From a virus (lineage: Duplodnaviria; Caudoviricetes): DNA of 64,000 nt. The notes under the pieces were generated by a model, which worked only from the letters and a program-made list of their open reading frames with translations, had not been told where the DNA came from and searched no databases. Where the stretch lies: positions 1 through 64,000 of IMG/VR virus record IMGVR_UViG_3300028635_000004. One strand, 5' to 3'. Within the stretch, counting starts at the first letter, position 1, and each line of letters opens with the position of its first letter. The position numbers and the translations under genes were made by a program. Positions 10,179 to 23,200 of the stretch are shown here, in pieces.

Positions 10179-12316
10179 TGAGTACAATAAAAATTAAAAA
10201 ATCTAAGCAAGGTAGTTTGCATAAACATTTAGGTGTCCCAAAAGGTAAGAAGATTCCTGCTAGCAAACTTAGAATTAAATCTACAGATAGTCCAGCAATA
10301 AGGAAGAAGAAGCAATTTGCCATTAATGCTCGTAAATGGCGCCACGAATATGGTGGTTTAGTACCAGAGTATTCATGGGGTGGCGTATTAGCTGACACTG
10401 CAGCTGGTGCAGGCATGGGTGCATTATCAGGTAGTGCTGTTCCTGGCATTGGTACAGCTATAGGTGCTGCAATTGGTGGTGCTGGTGCATTCTTAAAGGG
10501 GGCTGTAGGCGAGATAATGGGTAACAGGGCTGAACAAGCTGAGTTAGCTAAACAACGTGTAGACAATGCTAATATGGCTTTCAACACTATGATGGGTGCT
10601 GGTATACAAAACCCATTTACTCCCACATTTGCTTTAGGTGGTAAAGTTGGTTTAGTTAATGCAGAAATTGAAAAGGGTGAGACAGCTGTATCCCCAGATG
10701 GTACAATGTATGAGTATTCATTACCTCCGCATGCTAATGCAATGGGTGATAACTTTAAATATTTTGATCCAGGTACTATGATATTTAGTGATAAATTAAA
10801 GTTCAATAAGCATAGGACATTTGCTCAAGAACAGAATAGGTATAAGAAAGTATCTGATAAAGCAGACAAAACATTATCTAATACAGGTTCTACATTTTTA
10901 CAGAAGGCTACTGCTAAGTTAAATAAAAAGAATGCTCTTAAGATGAGTGTTGATTTATTTGGTAAGCAGGAAGCAATGAAAATGTCTAAGGGTGGTAAGA
11001 TACCTGGTAAGTTTCCAGGTGGCGGTATAACAGGTGATCCAAGGTATCCATGGCCCGAAAGTACATTTAATGCAATGACTTATGGTGTAAGACCTGGTAC
11101 ATATGTTAACCCATATCAATTAGGTGAGATACCAGTTCTTGGTCATAGGACACCACAGCTTAATATTAATTCACCATTCCCAGTTAACTTAGGTTATAGT
11201 GGATTTGGTACAAGTGGTTATCCATGGCCTCAACGAGCTAAGTACACACCAGAACCAGACTATCTTTCACCTTATGATTGGGCTACAGGCAGGGGTTCTA
11301 GTCTTAGGCCAGGGGAACCACATATGTCTTATACATCAAATAATTTCTTGTCTAAACCTATAACGCAATCACCATATTTAGAGATAGCTGCTGCACAACC
11401 TATTGTAAGGGGGCAATCTCCAGTTGGTATCACAACTACTGCTAGTAGTGGGGGGACTGGTGCAACCGCTACTAAAGGCTCAATACCATCTTTAAAAATG
11501 GCTAACTTTAATAGGGCATTTGCCCCTAAAAATGCTCCTTTCTATGATACTACTCCTGCTATGGCATCATTGTATCAATATGGCACTAGTGGGTTCAAAC
11601 CAGGTGGTGATATTAGTGGTAATTTAGCTGCTGTTAGTCCAGCAAATCCTTCAGCAGCTGATATTAAACAACATTTAAAAGAACATGGTGTAGGACCAGA
11701 TTGGGGTAGTATAGGCATGCAGGCTTTAGCATTAGCACCAGATATATATAATCTTGGGCATGCATTATTTAGTAAACCTGAGAGAATTGAGCGTACTAGG
11801 TATTTCAACCCGTATACAAATCAAATACGTTCTAGGATGAATGATAGGAGATTTAACATAGATCCTATACTTGCTGCTAATAGGGCCGCTAATGCAATAT
11901 ATAACAGGAATGTAAGTAATGCTGCTGGTGGTGATAGGTCAAGGTTATTATCTAACCTATTGGCTGGTATGACTGGTAGGCAAGCTGCTGATGCATCTGC
12001 ATATGCTAATAAGATTAATATGGACAACCAGTATCTTGCAGAACAAGCACAAATGGATTACACGCTTGGTGCTATGAATGCTAATGCTCTTGCACTAAGG
12101 GATGATATTAACGCGCGTAACGCAGCAGCTTATCGTAACTTTGGTGCTGCAGCTGCTTCAGGTTTACAGAATTATGCACTTAACCAAATGCAAATGGACA
12201 ATCAACTGGCTTCACAGAGGGCTTATTTAAATGTCTTAGAAAGATCTAATCCATTCTTTAATCAGTGGTTAAACTTAGATCTCCTGAAGTCTTATGGTAA
12301 ATATAATAGAGAATAA
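10178..12316 (+). CDS. Ejected cargo protein 1 (basic N-terminus, Gly/Ala-rich membrane segment)
   Basis: Basic N-terminal FAINARKWRH domain; GAGMGALSGSAVPGIGTAIGAAIGG segment; AEIEKGE motif; first gene after the muzzle. Confidence 0.7.
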   Translation: MSTIKIKKSKQGSLHKHLGVPKGKKIPASKLRIKSTDSPAIRKKKQFAINARKWRHEYGGLVPEYSWGGVLADTAAGAGMGALSGSAVPGIGTAIGAAIGGAGAFLKGAVGEIMGNRAEQAELAKQRVDNANMAFNTMMGAGIQNPFTPTFALGGKVGLVNAEIEKGETAVSPDGTMYEYSLPPHANAMGDNFKYFDPGTMIFSDKLKFNKHRTFAQEQNRYKKVSDKADKTLSNTGSTFLQKATAKLNKKNALKMSVDLFGKQEAMKMSKGGKIPGKFPGGGITGDPRYPWPESTFNAMTYGVRPGTYVNPYQLGEIPVLGHRTPQLNINSPFPVNLGYSGFGTSGYPWPQRAKYTPEPDYLSPYDWATGRGSSLRPGEPHMSYTSNNFLSKPITQSPYLEIAAAQPIVRGQSPVGITTTASSGGTGATATKGSIPSLKMANFNRAFAPKNAPFYDTTPAMASLYQYGTSGFKPGGDISGNLAAVSPANPSAADIKQHLKEHGVGPDWGSIGMQALALAPDIYNLGHALFSKPERIERTRYFNPYTNQIRSRMNDRRFNIDPILAANRAANAIYNRNVSNAAGGDRSRLLSNLLAGMTGRQAADASAYANKINMDNQYLAEQAQMDYTLGAMNANALALRDDINARNAAAYRNFGAAAASGLQNYALNQMQMDNQLASQRAYLNVLERSNPFFNQWLNLDLLKSYGKYNRE

Positions 12317-12318
12317 CT

Positions 12319-14211
12319 ATGGCACGTATAAATCGCTATGACTCCCCAGCGGAGAGTAATTATTTTAATACATTTGTTCCTCTACCATTAGATCAGATTA
12401 CTGTTCTTGGTATGAAGCGTCAAGAAGACCTTGAGCGTAAACAGGACTTTGCTTATAAGACTTTAGATGAGGCATCATTGATAGACTATATACCTACATC
12501 GCATGATGAGTATAGGGTTAAGAATGAATTTTTACCAGAGATACAAAGACTTGCTGAAGAAGCAATGTCTGTAGATTTGAGTAATCCTGTTGAATGGGCT
12601 AAGTATTCTACAAGGATTAAACGTTTAGCTTTATCAGATGATATAAAACGTATAGAACAATCTGCTGCTGCCCATAGACAAGCTTTAGCAATTGCTGCAG
12701 AACAAAAGATGAAAGGTGTATATAATCCTTTATTAGATGACACTGCTAATTTAGCTAAAGGGTGGGATAGTAGAACTAATATATTTAGTTATGTTCCAGA
12801 GTCTCAAATAAATAAAGCAGAATTATTTGCACCTTATTATAGAGATTTAGCTCACCAAAGCAGGTATGGTGAAATGAATGGCATCAAGGGTCAGTGGGTT
12901 GGTATTAGCAGGTCTAGGGTTAACGAAGTTGCTGCACAAGCTGCGCAAGAACTTATGGGTACTCCTGGTGGTCAACAAATAGTTAGGTTGGCTCTTACTA
13001 CAAACCCAACGTTATATGAAGGAAAAGATCCATATGATATACTTAGGATGCAAATGACTGACTATGGTATGCAAAAATACGGTGAAACTTTCCATGCATT
13101 TCCTGAATTTGCGCAAGGTATTGGTGATGGTAAAGTACCATTAGTAAGTAGTTGGTCACCAACAGCAACTCCTGGTACGAGCGGTAAATATAGGATGGAC
13201 CCGTCTGGTGTATTAGGCGGCTTATATTCCGGTGGTGATTCTGGCGAAGGTGATGAACCAGTTAGTGGAAAAGATTTATGGAAAGGAGCTATGTCCGCTG
13301 CAGGTAAAGCTGCTATGTCAGGCGGTCAATATCTAGATATGACAGATTATAGTAAAGCTGGACTTACTGAAGAAGGTGAAAATAAAAGAGTTAGTAAGAT
13401 ATTAAGTGACTTCCCAGAGTTACAATTTGATAATAAAGGTAAGAAGTTAACAAATAGGCAAATCATGGAGAGGTATAGGCAATTATCTAAAAACCCAATG
13501 GGTGGTGCTATTTATACTTCCAATGATCCAGAAACAAACGCCCTTTTAGATGATCTATTAGATAATAAATTTACTACGTTTAAATACTTAATACCAGGTA
13601 CAAATGAAGTTCTTAATGTTAGGGAGGCTGCAAAAAAACTTATTGGTACTACAGATGTTGATGAATTTAGGAAATCAATGAGGCCGGCCGGTCCTTCATT
13701 TGATTTACCTTATGGTATGGCTATACAGATATCACCTAGTAAGAAAAATAAGTATGCTAGAGGTACAGAGGAAGCTGGTAATCAAATAGTAGCAGTTGGT
13801 GATATTGCTATTGAAAATGAATTAGCTAATATAAGGAATATAAAACATATGGTTGAGACTGGTGGCAGAGGTCCTGTTATGTTAGCTACAGACGAGACTG
13901 GAACTATGTATGGCGTAGATATAGGGTGGCGAGTTGGTGAAAGAAATGGCAAAGAGGGTTTCGTACCGACTTATAAAATGGTTACATCTAAACCAGATGG
14001 TACATATGATTATGTTTATCAAACTGACAAACAAGGTAATGTAATACTTGATGAGCAAGGTAATCCTATACCAATGATGACAAATATGGATGATATATTT
14101 AAAGTAATTGTAGATAATATGTTTAAGGGACAGGGGCTTTCGCCCTATGACGTTAATTTAGGTCAATCCGTTAGTTCTACAGCTAGGAGAGTAGTTAGAT
14201 CAGGTAGGTAA
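12319..14211 (+). CDS. Ejected cargo protein 2
   Basis: MARINRYD...FVPLP N-terminus; lies between cargo 1 and the virion RNAP. Confidence 0.6.
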   Translation: MARINRYDSPAESNYFNTFVPLPLDQITVLGMKRQEDLERKQDFAYKTLDEASLIDYIPTSHDEYRVKNEFLPEIQRLAEEAMSVDLSNPVEWAKYSTRIKRLALSDDIKRIEQSAAAHRQALAIAAEQKMKGVYNPLLDDTANLAKGWDSRTNIFSYVPESQINKAELFAPYYRDLAHQSRYGEMNGIKGQWVGISRSRVNEVAAQAAQELMGTPGGQQIVRLALTTNPTLYEGKDPYDILRMQMTDYGMQKYGETFHAFPEFAQGIGDGKVPLVSSWSPTATPGTSGKYRMDPSGVLGGLYSGGDSGEGDEPVSGKDLWKGAMSAAGKAAMSGGQYLDMTDYSKAGLTEEGENKRVSKILSDFPELQFDNKGKKLTNRQIMERYRQLSKNPMGGAIYTSNDPETNALLDDLLDNKFTTFKYLIPGTNEVLNVREAAKKLIGTTDVDEFRKSMRPAGPSFDLPYGMAIQISPSKKNKYARGTEEAGNQIVAVGDIAIENELANIRNIKHMVETGGRGPVMLATDETGTMYGVDIGWRVGERNGKEGFVPTYKMVTSKPDGTYDYVYQTDKQGNVILDEQGNPIPMMTNMDDIFKVIVDNMFKGQGLSPYDVNLGQSVSSTARRVVRSGR

Positions 14212-14221
14212 TATTTGAATT

Positions 14222-17200
14222 ATGGCAAAGAGATTGTTATATGATACTGTTACTGGTACCGATTCTATGGTTAATCCAGGTACAGAAACTTATTTTAAAT
14301 TTCCAGACAACCTTAGACCAATCCCCGGTGAATATTTTGATGACTTTGCTGGTGATCCATATAGGCCTTTAAGTTTATACGGGGTTGGGGAATCTAGATT
14401 TGATAAAGGTTTGACCTACTTAGATGAACCATTTCTACAAAACATTAGGGCTTCTAGACAGGGCCCTATTGCTCAATTAGGTTCATCTTTTACACAAGCC
14501 GTTATAGGGGAAATAGTTGGTGGTACTATTGAAGGTGTTGGTTATCTATTTGAACTAGGTGAATTTAATGATTTGTTATCTGGTGAAGACGAAGAATTTG
14601 GTAATGCCGTTAGTAGATTTGGTAAATCAATGAGGGAAGGCATTAGGGAAAAACTTCCTGTGTATGAATATGACTATCGTGAAGGTCAGTTTAGACCATG
14701 GGATTGGTCTTGGTGGATGACCAATGGTCCTTCAATTGCCTCTACTATTGCTCTAATGGTTCCTTCGGGCGCTGTTGCAGCTATACCAGGGAGGTTAGCA
14801 AAAGGTTTATCGTATATTGGTAAATTTAATAGTGTTATTAGGGCTGGTAGAACTACTGGTGAAGCAGCAGCATTGGCAAACAGGGCTTCTACAAATGTTT
14901 CAAGAGTTGTAGCTGGTACTACTCAAGCCATTGTATCTAGGAAGATGGAGAGTATGATGGAAGCTGCTGGTACATACGACGATGCTTATGAATTAGCTAT
15001 AAGTGCTGGTAAGTCTGAAGAGGAAGCTAGGATTATTGCAGCTAAAGCAGCTAAAGCCAACTATGTAGCTAACTGGGCAATGCTAGCACAAGATGTTCCA
15101 CAATATTTATTGCTTAATAAATATATAGGTAAGTTTTCAACTAAGTCTGCTGAAAGGGCTGCACAGAAACTAGGTGCTGCGGCTAAAAAAGAGATGGGTC
15201 AAAAGGTATCATTTAAGGATTATATACCATCATTAAGTTCAACCTATAATATAGGCAAAGATATGCTTGGTGAAGCTGGTGAAGAAGCATACCAGTATTT
15301 CTCAAATCAATATGGTATGTATATAGCAGAACGCATGATTAACCCAGATCTTGATGTATCATTTGTACCATGGATGAAGGAGAATATTGATACAGGGGAA
15401 TTATTAACAAGTGCTTTCTTTGGTGCTATCGGTGCTGGCTTTATGCATGGTGTTGGTCGTCCAGTAATGGATAGGATGCGCGGTGTTGAAAATGAGCAAG
15501 TGCTTGAAGTAAGGTCAATGGCAGAGCGTTATGCTACTATAGGTAAGAATATACTCAATGCTCAAAAGGTTGGCGATGATTATAGGCTCACTATGGAGTT
15601 AAGCAAGGGTGGTGTTGAACTTGGTATCAGGGCTGCTATGTATAACTCTAAGGAGCTAATGGACTCTTTCATGGACTTAGTAGACTCTGGTGAGTTTTCA
15701 ACTGCTTCAAAAGACTTACAAGATTTTGCTGCTAGTGAGGAAGGTAAAGCTATTATCGCTCAAGACAAAAAGAATGCTAAGGAAATAAAGAAGTATGCAC
15801 AAATGGCCTATGATACTTATAATGAGGTTATGGGTCAAATAAACCAAGAAGGTCATACATTTAATAAAGGGTACAAAAAGGCATTAGACAACCTTAAAAA
15901 AACAGGGCGTCAAGTTGATCCCGAATGGTATAAGAAAGCATTAGCATCTGTAATGACATCGGCTTCTATAAATAAAAATATAGTTGATGATAAAGTACAG
16001 GAGCTTTCTACTGAATTTCAGGCGTCAAAGGAAAAATACACCAAAAGTGCAAACCAAGTATTTAATTCATTAAGTGATCTTGGTCGTCAATTAGTATTCC
16101 TTGAAGCTGAACTTGATGCATTGAAGGATGTAAGGGCCAAGACTGAAAAAGCACACCCAGAAGATATTGTAAATAAATTAAGCGACAATCAAAAGAAAGA
16201 CCTTGAAAGTTGGTATAAGACTAATCAAGATATGACAAGTGCCATTGAGCAACATATAAATCAATTAAAGGATAGTTATTCTGATGAAGATAAAGCTAAC
16301 GATTCTACAATTAAAGTTAATAAAAAGGACCTTACTGAGTATAGGGATTTTGGTGCAAGACTTTATCATTTGAAGAAAGACTCCTACATTCTTGGTAGGA
16401 TGTTAAAGCGTTATAATGATGGTGAACTATTAAGCGAAGCTGAGATTGAAAAGTATGCTAAGGAGTTTGCTGAACGTCAGGAAGAGTATTATGAAAATGG
16501 TTTTCAAATAGGTGATACTGTTACAGTTGGTAAGGATGGCCCTACGGCTACTATAGAGAATATTATATTTATTAATGGTAAACCTGTATATACTGTTAGG
16601 GAATTTACTACAGACGAAGATGGCAATGTAGAAAGTGCTACTGATACACAAGACTACGATGAAGATGATTTGTGGGCATATGGTACTTCTACTCAACTTA
16701 AAGCAGAGTTAGTAGATACAGTATCTTCTACAATAAATGAACCTAATAATGACCCACAAGCTGAAATTAGGCAACGGTTACACAAAGGTGGGTTAAATGA
16801 TCCATTGACTACTATTGCTGATATGATATCTATGGTTCATATTGAACCCACAGCTATTAATCAATTAGTTCACAGAGATCCTAAATTAAATTCTTTACTT
16901 AGCACACCATTTTCTGAAAATCCCAACTTTAGTAAAATATTAGCTAATAGTAGGGTAGAGTATACTATAGATCTTAGTGACAAGCAAAAGTTTTGGGTAA
17001 AACATAAGGCCCTTAAAGATAATATTATTGCTATTCAAACTAATAAAAAAGCTACTGCTAAAACTAAAGACAAACAAATCAAAGCTTTATTAGACTCTTT
17101 ACATAAGGGGATTGATACTAATCAATTTAATCATGTAATTGATACTATTCCTATCAAGGTTGCTGTAATAATAAAAGATGGTGATCAAGAAACCAGATAT

Positions 17201-20200
17201 GATGGCAATGATGAGTATAATCTTTATGTACATAACTCTGACTTTTGGAACATAGCTGCCCCATTATCTATTCTTTTAAAGGGTGATGACAAAGCAAGCG
17301 AGGAGTATATATTAGAACAAAGGATTGGTACTCGCGAATTTAGGTTTACTTTATTAGAAGAGTTATTAAGGTCAGATATAGCTGTAGCGAATAACCTTGA
17401 AAGACTTGGCGGTCACTTAAATAGGGTTTCTACATATGGTACTATACACGAAAGACTTGGGGACGACCTTACTGATGTAGACCTGTGGGTTGGTATTACT
17501 GATACAGACGGTATTGCATATCCTTTTGTAGAATCTGGTGTTAGGGGACAATGGGAGACTGTACCAGGTAGTGTATTATTTAGGACAAACAAAACACTTA
17601 CTGGTGAAGAAATATTTGTACCTGCTACAATATCATCTTTATCCAAAGAACATGCTGAGATAATATGGGACTGTTATTTAATTTTAGCAGCTGGTTTTCC
17701 ATACTCTTCAAAGTTAAATAGAGATGATATTAAGAATGCTACAGTAGGTGAGATACTTGACTTGTTAGTTACACAAGGTGAGAAGGTATCAAACTTAATG
17801 CAAGACGAGAATCAAATATTATATTTAAAGGGTAGACAAGAGTTACACTTTGGTAAGCACATTATTAAAGATATAACTAAAGCCACTGATGCACAACGCG
17901 GTGAATTCATTAAATGGGCTAATCAACATAAGAAATATAAAGTACCGTTTGCTGTTAAGGGTTTAGGTTTTAGACTTAACTCAAAATATAAGACTAGGAC
18001 TGGCATTAAAATTGGTTCATTTGAACTTAAGCCAAATGATGATAGGACCTGGGCTCAAATGATGATGAGCACTCCTATATCTACTGGTAAAGCTGGTAAT
18101 AGGTATGCTGTTGTTACTAACGTTGAAAGAGTTGTAGACGAAAAGACTGGTGAATTTAAGGAGAGTATAATTCATTCTCCATCATTAAAGGTTAGGGACT
18201 TAGACGTTAAAGGTTACAATAGGGATTCTACTACAAAAGAACCAGTTACACCAGTTACACCAGAGCCTACAGTTGATGTTACACCTACTACTGAACCTGT
18301 TGCTAATAGTTTAGACGAAATACTTGGTTCTATCGAAGTTATAGGTGGTGACGATGCTGTTGTTGGGTTTTATAGGAATAAGGAAGTTGAAACAACAACT
18401 GAAACTGTATCTGATGCTGAGTTTACTTGGTTGAAGAACAGACTAAAGAGTGGTGCTACTGTTGAGATGTCAGACCGTTTTATAGAGATTGTTAAAGACG
18501 GTCAGTCAAAACAAGCTTATGGCGCATTTAAAGCCAGTGCTATATATCTCTATAGTGGTGCTGTAAAGGGTACTATATATCATGAAGCATTCCATAGGGT
18601 ATCTTTAGGTTACTTATCAGACGAAGAGCGTGAGCGTTTCTATAATAATGCAAGGGTTAAATATAATATGCCCGATGCTACTGATAGTGAAATTGAAGAG
18701 AAACTTGCTGAAGAATTTAGGTTGTGGCGTAATCACAAAGAATTAAACGCTGAAATTGAAGGTGTTTCTATATTTGATTGGGTTAAGAATTTATTTAACT
18801 TTATTAAACATTATTTTACTGGTGCCAATGCTATACAGAATTATGAAGTAGAAACATTGTTTAAGTTAATAGATCGTGGTGCATTTAAATATCATAAGAT
18901 CAAGCGTTCAAGGTTAAAGGAGTTAGCTAATGTTGAGGCACCGTTAGAGCTTAGTACTTTAGGCGAAGGCTTCTACGATGTACCATTTGTTAATACACGT
19001 GCTGAGTTTGAAGATTTCATTAAAGGTCTTGGTACAATACTTATTATACAAAACGATATAAGGGACTTAGCAGACGTTAAGTCAATGAACTTTCAAAGAA
19101 TGTTTAGTTACATCTATGATAAGTTTATACCAACTCGTGAAAAGACTGTAGTAAATTTAAAGAATTATTTAGCTGCTGGTAAGTTTAAGGAAGGTGAAAC
19201 AGCAGAACAAATACAAAGTATTATAAATGATTTTGAACGTTCTATAGCATTATATGAATCAATAAAAGAACCCAAGTATCAAAAGATATATATGAGTCAT
19301 TTAAAGAAAGTATTAAGGACTGAGTATGGCATTAATGTTATATCAAAGGATGATAGTGACTTATTAATAGACGAGGACGAAGAGACTATGTCACCTCAAG
19401 AGTTAATAACAAGGTATAGCAAAGAGTCTTTTGAACTTAATATTGTTGATAATGTAACAGCTAATGTTAAGTACTTAATCTCTATATTACCTAAGTCTTC
19501 AAAGATCAATCCTATAACTGGTACATATGAGTTTGTTAAGTTTAAGGAGACATTTGATAGTTTATTGTTTCACTTATACAACTTAGACTCTTTGGAAGAG
19601 ATGTTAGACAAGTTGGAAGAGCTTGGTAAAACCAATCATGCTTTCTCTGTACTACATAAGCGGTTGGTTCGTGGTTCACCTAACTTAAGAAATCAATTTA
19701 AGGTTGCTATGAGTAAGCATAAACATTTATATATCAACTTTACATACACCAGGGATTATGGTAAGTATGATACTCCTATATATCAAATATTTAGGGCTGA
19801 TGTTAACAGAGCTGAAGAAGCTGAGAAGTATGACTGGGCTGAACAATTCCTTATGTCAGAATATATGGATCATGGGGAAAAGGTAGGAGACGTGCAAAAG
19901 CTCAATATAGAACGACTTACCAAGGTTTATGAGGATTATGTTAGCTTTGAGAAGGAAGTGCGTAGAAACGCACGAAAACAGCTCTCAGCGGAGGAATTAG
20001 GTGCTTATGCTGATAGGTTCATAGAATTAGTACGTGCAGTAAGGATTGACATTGACAAGACTATCCTTGATGCATATATAGCTGGTAAGGTTAGGGCTGC
20101 TGGTCGTAAGTCTTTTGGTGTTAAGGAAGCATTAGTAAACTTAATTACAAGCGAATTTACATCACAACCAGGTCGTGAAGAGGATCCTGCTGGTTACTTC

Positions 20201-23200
20201 TACAGGTTAAAATTATTAGCTGGTAAAGCATTAGACCATGAGAAAGCTGTAGCAGAACGTAAGAAAGGTGCTCGTGCCATAGAGTATGATCTTGATGCTG
20301 ATATAAGGTCTATCTACTTAGGTAAAGATAGTGTATATGCTATTAGGGAGTTAGCTAGGAAGCGTTATGAAGTTTATCCAGACTTACTTAGTGATATTGT
20401 AATAGGACCTGAAGGACATCAGTACTATACTTATTCATTAAGGACATATACTTCAGACCGTATTAAACAATTAAAGGATAAGGCATTTGTAGATCGTAAA
20501 CTTAATAAGGTTGGTAATAGGCATAGTATATTCCTACAACAGTTATCCAATGATCAAAATGTTAGGGACGCTGTTAATATTAAAACAATGTCTTCATTCC
20601 AAGAACGCGATGCACATGACTCTGGTCAATCATACTCTGATATAAATACTATAGAGGACTATATCCTAAGGTTAGGTGCATTGCATAATTATGATACACT
20701 TGTGCCATTCCCAATTATAGCAGACCGTACTACATATTATTTCTTAGAGGGGTTTGATATACCTAAGAATTTATATGAACTTAATACTGAAACTGGTGAA
20801 CTTGAGTTTACAGACGAGATATTAAGTATCTTCATGGGTTATGCTGAGGATGAACGTGAACGTATTAAAGATGCTAAAGATGTAATTAAACGATATAAAG
20901 CTGCCGTTAAACGTAAGGACGGCAGTGACCTTGATATTCTTAAGAATGAAATGGTGTTAAATTATCACTATAAATTAAAAGGTGATCAAATAATACCAGA
21001 GAGCGCCAATGCCATTAAATACATTGAATTTAGTGAGTTCAATAAGCGTGGTTTTGATTTTGAAAGGGATGCTCGTAACTTAATTATAGAGCACCTAAAG
21101 AAAGTTGTAGACTTTGGTATGGAAAGGGCTGAGAAGCTTGGTGTTTATACTACAGAGATAGATAGGGAAGATGATTCTATAGTTTATAGGAACAATTTAT
21201 TAGACAGGAATGTATTTGCTAACTATGCAGATACGTATGGTACTTATGAGAAAGCTATTCGAGCTATTATAGCATTCAATGAAATAGGTATGATTATATC
21301 AAACTTTGAAATTAATAAGATATTTACTGGTGCCCCTGCATTCTATAAAGGTGATGAAACAAAGTCTATACAACAGGACAGGATTAAACGTTTGATGGTT
21401 CTTACATCTAGCGGTGATCCTATACATCAAAAGACAACAGATAAAGGTGTTATAGACGATGCTTTTACAATGGCATCATTGGCTACTCAAAAACTCAATA
21501 TGTCTCGTGGTGAATATAATAATCAAGATCCTTCAAATTATTATCATACCCTTAGGAACTTATTAATTGTTCGTTATTCACAATTACTTGTTAGTGAAAT
21601 AAAGTATAAAGACAAAGAGTTATACAATAAGCATGCTAATATTTTATATGAGGACTACATCATTGAGAAAGATGGTGTTGAAACATTTGACTCTAATAAA
21701 ATAGACAACCTTGAGAAAACTGTATTAAGGGGTGCATTTGGTATTGATATCAATGATATACTTGAACCATATAGGAATATAGACAGTACAGATGGTCAAG
21801 CTTATGTATCTCCTACAATGTATAGGTCTATGCTTATACAATTAGGTGAGTGGCCTGATTGGAAAGAGAGAGCCTATAATAATATTATGAGTAGGCGTAA
21901 CTGGGACGATTTAACTACTGAAGAGAAGGATGAGCTGCTTAAATTCTACATGCAGCCACTTAAACCTGTGTTTTTTGACCTTGTTGATCGAGGTAATATA
22001 GAAGTACCAGTATATCTTAAGATGTCTGTAATGCCTTTATTCCCTGGTCTAGTGGATGGTACTAAACTCGAAGACCTTGCTAATAGGATGGAAGCTATTG
22101 GTAGGTATGCTGGTCAGAATAAGATAGACATGGTTACTTATGATAGCGCCGTTAAGGTTGGTTTGGGTTATACTGCTCCGTTATATAGTAATCAGTATAC
22201 AGAAGAATTAAGTGATTTAAATGATTTACATTATACATCATTACCATTATCATCATTAAGGAGACAATTAGTTACAGATCCGCATGATATTAAAGAAACT
22301 AAATTAGGCACTCAGGTTATAAAAATTAACCTAGCTGACTTAATGTTAGACGAACATGTGTACAATATACCTGGCGTGGAAGATTCTATTACTGGTAGAG
22401 AATTAGCAAATATTGTATTTAATTGTTTAGCATCTGTTAGTGATAAGGGTCTTGCTAAACTTAAAGAAAGAATTGGTTATAATGATGTAACCAAACAAGT
22501 AGACTTGCAATTGCTTACTAAATCACTTAGGGAAGATGCTATCAAAAGCAATATGCCTGATATGATTGTAGATGCACTTAGGGTTGAAGGAGATGGGTTA
22601 TATCTTGAACTCGACTCATTTAGCAATAGGAAACAAATATTCAATAGACTTATTGGTGATGTTGCCAGGAATACCATTGACATTGAGATGCCTGGTAATC
22701 AATTTATACAGCTGTCTACAACAGGTATAACTACAACTTCATCTGATAATCTTAAGTGGTATAAACTTGATATGGATGGTAATGTTAAAGCGGCAGAATG
22801 TGCTATATCTATTACTTTATTCAAACATCTTATACCTAATTATAAAGATATAAGTTTTAAGGAAGCAAGTGATTATGTATTAAAACATATACCTGAGATA
22901 TTGGTATATCGTATTCCTACACAAGGTCAATCATCTGCTATGTATCTAAAGGTGGCTAAATTGTTACCAGAACAAGTAGGCGATACTATAGTACTACCAA
23001 AGGCTGTTACTGCATTAACTGGTTCAGACTTTGATATTGATAAAATGTTTGCAGTTAGGCATTCATACTTTGTTAATGAAAAAGGTGAACTTGAAAAGAT
23101 TAAATTCTTTGATAAAGAAATAGATGGTGTATCACCGCAAGAATTAGCGTTTGAACATCAACATAGGCGTATTATATCGCAATATACTCAGCAAATAAGG

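Noticed and set aside
10135-10806. 223-aa antisense ORF, and the similar 163-aa antisense ORF at 26311-26802
   Set aside because: They mirror GCT/GGT-rich sense codons of real genes, are low in complexity and carry no motif; typical shadow ORFs.
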